From assembly GCA_964016885.1 (NCBI GenBank), contig OZ024749.1, positions 42,594,001 to 42,658,000 of the forward strand: a stretch of 64,000 nt of DNA. Direction: 5' to 3'. The DNA comes from Eledone cirrhosa. Its lineage: Eukaryota. A model generated the notes under the pieces. The model searched no databases. It saw nothing but the letters and a program-made list of their open reading frames with translations, and was not told the DNA's origin. Each line of letters begins with the position of its first letter. The first letter of the stretch is position 1. Made by a program: the position numbers and the translations under genes. Positions 61,251-64,000 of this stretch are shown in pieces.

Positions 61251-62043
61251 GATATTATTTTTAAAATATTTTTTTATTTTTTACTATTTTTTCTTTCTAG
61301 TTTATTTTTTTCCCTATTTGTTTTGTTGAAAGATATGTCTAGAAAAAAAAAAAAAAATTAAATTCGAACCAAAATAAAATCTTTAAAAAATCCCAGAAAA
61401 TTACACGAAAACAAACCAAGGAAAATGGAAGCAAAAAATATTAATAGTAAATAGTAAATCTGAATAAAGAACAACATATATCTAGCCACACATTGGTGTA
61501 GATAAAAATCACCGGACTGTGTTAATATGTACCATATATATGTATCGATAAACACATATACATATTGGAAGGATACCTAGTAATTTAGATCAGCTATAAT
61601 TTAGGTAACTGAGGCAATTTGGGAGAAATTTCCTTCGAATTGATGCTGCTACTCTCAGTGTAATGATAAAATAATAATAATAATAGTAATAATAAAAATA
61701 ATGATGAGGAAAAAACACAACAAACAGCAACAGCCGCAACATCAGCAGTAGCAGCAGCCACAAGAACAACAACAGCAAAAACAACACCAAAAGACAACGA
61801 TTCTTGATAAATAAATAAAAAAAAAAATAAAAAAAATCAATAGTAAATGATGACGCCGATGATGATAATGATAAATGTAACAATAAAAAGCACAGAAATA
61901 ACAACAACAACAACAGCAGCAATAATAATAATTGTTTCTACTTTTGGCACAAGGCCAGCAATTACCAGTTCATTACTGGTACTTTATTTTATCGACCTGG
62001 TAAGGATGAAAGGCAAAGTTAACCTCGACGCAGCAATAATAAT

Positions 62044-62680
62044 GCTTTCTTTATTAACCACAAGGGTTTACATAAAGTAGACATTAAGGACAGTACAGGA
62101 CAATACAGGACTGTACAAATGGGCATTTCTGCGTGTAAAAAACAAAAAAAAACACAGAGGATGTAATAATAGAACAATGAAAAATTCCCCAATAGGGGGG
62201 AGACTTCGGAGGGCCATCGTGGAGAAAGCCCATAAAAAAAAAAGCCACAGTGACCCTTGCCACCAAGGCAAGTGCCCTCTCCCAGTTTTCCACCTTCAAT
62301 TTACAGGCACATACTGAGAGTAGGTCCATTCACTCGGTCCATTCTTGCCTCTCTCACCCATCTTTCAACAAAAAGCTGGGAAGAGAGCACCTCACTCTCT
62401 ACCCTGATTTTTCTTTTCAAATGAAATTGGAAAAAGTCAATCAAGGCATCACCGAAGAGGTAAGTGCTCGTCTTCAGCCCTTTCAGACGTTGTCCACCAT
62501 ACTATCTCTTTCGCCATGGCCACCAGACAGATAAAAACTGCCTGCCCTTCCCGGCTAAAGGAAGAGGGCGCGGCAATCCTCACGATGGACTCAGCTGATA
62601 GTCGGATCCGTTCTACACGCGACAGCAGGTATTCGACATAAACCCACAAGTCAGCAATGCTCGGACACTGGACGAGTGCA
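62044..62680 (-). mobile_element. 5'-truncated Tx1/L1-like non-LTR retrotransposon 3' end
   Basis: ALVQCPSIADLWVYVEYLL...LVAMAKEIVWWT...FFQFHLKRKIRVE...FVERW (end of zinc knuckle plus ORF2 C-terminus, one frameshift); 3'UTR with aataaa; (ATT)n on both sides. Confidence 0.65.
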
Positions 62681-62699
62681 TAATAATAATAATAATAGC

Positions 62700-62739
<40 letters not shown>

Positions 62740-62788
62740 GTAATAATAATAGTAATAATAGTAATAATAATAATGCTTAATAATGATA

Positions 62789-62830
<42 letters not shown>

Positions 62831-63497
62831 GTGATATTAATAATAGTAATGGCGATGATGATGAAGGAGGCATAAAGCCAAAATATTAAGTGAAATTGTA
62901 ATACTGTCTGTTTATGTGTAATTCATTTCGATTTGAATGTAGGCCAAAGGGGTGGAGATGTGGAAAATGGTGTTCCTTGTAGACATATACGTATACGTAC
63001 ATACACTACAATATATAGTCATGCATACGTACACACACACACACACACACATATATATACATATACATATATATACACACATATATATATATATACACAC
63101 ATATATATATATACACACACACATATATATATATATACACACACATATATATATACACACACACACATATATATATACACACACACATATATATATACAC
63201 ACACACACACATATATATATACACACACACACATACACACACACACATATATATACACACACACATATATATATAAATACATACATATATATATACATAC
63301 ATACATATATATATATGTGTATATATATATATATATATGTGTGTGTATGTGCGTGAGTGTGTGTGTGTATGAGTGCATGTGTCTATATATGTGCTTATAT
63401 CTAGATATTAGTTTTAGCATATTAATGTACATATAATGAACATATACTAATATATGTTTATGAAACATCCATGGCCATCTTATTAAACTACAAACAT

Positions 63498-63540
<43 letters not shown>

Positions 63541-63561
63541 TGTATATATATACACACACAC

Positions 63562-63592
<31 letters not shown>

Positions 63593-63655
63593 TATATATA
63601 TATACACACACACACATATATATATATATACACACACACACATAAATATATATAT

Positions 63656-63698
<43 letters not shown>

Positions 63699-63901
63699 TA
63701 TATATACACACACACACATATATATACACACACACACATATATTTATACACACACACATATATATACACACACATATATATACACACACATATATATATA
63801 TACACATATATATATACACACACACACACACATATATATACCCACACACATATACACACACACACATATACACACACACACATATACACACACACACTTA
63901 T

Positions 63902-63935
<34 letters not shown>

Positions 63936-63950
63936 GAATGTAGGTATGTA

Positions 63951-63981
<31 letters not shown>

Positions 63982-64000
63982 ATATATATATATATATATA

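Overview
AT-rich, microsatellite-saturated animal DNA, essentially all intronic/intergenic. The (TA)n/(CA)n/(TATG)n density and tRNA-SINE families suggest a mollusc, probably an octopus (inference). Almost every ORF in the supplied track is a microsatellite artefact. The only convincing host coding sequence is one phase-1/phase-1 exon on the minus strand (16130-16468) encoding a single Ig V-like domain. Other features are retrotransposon remnants (CRE-, RTE-, Tx1/L1- and Ingi/Vingi-like), a young bipartite RTE-derived element in 4 copies, about 20 tRNA-SINEs, a non-autonomous Helitron, mariner-type MITEs and minisatellites. The main unannotated signal is that the short unique islands inside the (TA)n tracts belong to at least 6-7 families of small Penelope-like (PLE) pLTR remnants. 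These carry type I hammerhead ribozymes (6 fold completely by eye with a CUGANGA core; others are half or variant), often a fold-back inverted arm with a family-specific outer breakpoint, and a shared covarying bulged hairpin (ACTC-TAC-loop-GTA-TY-GAGT) in the 3' tail. All folds were read by eye; no database searches were run.
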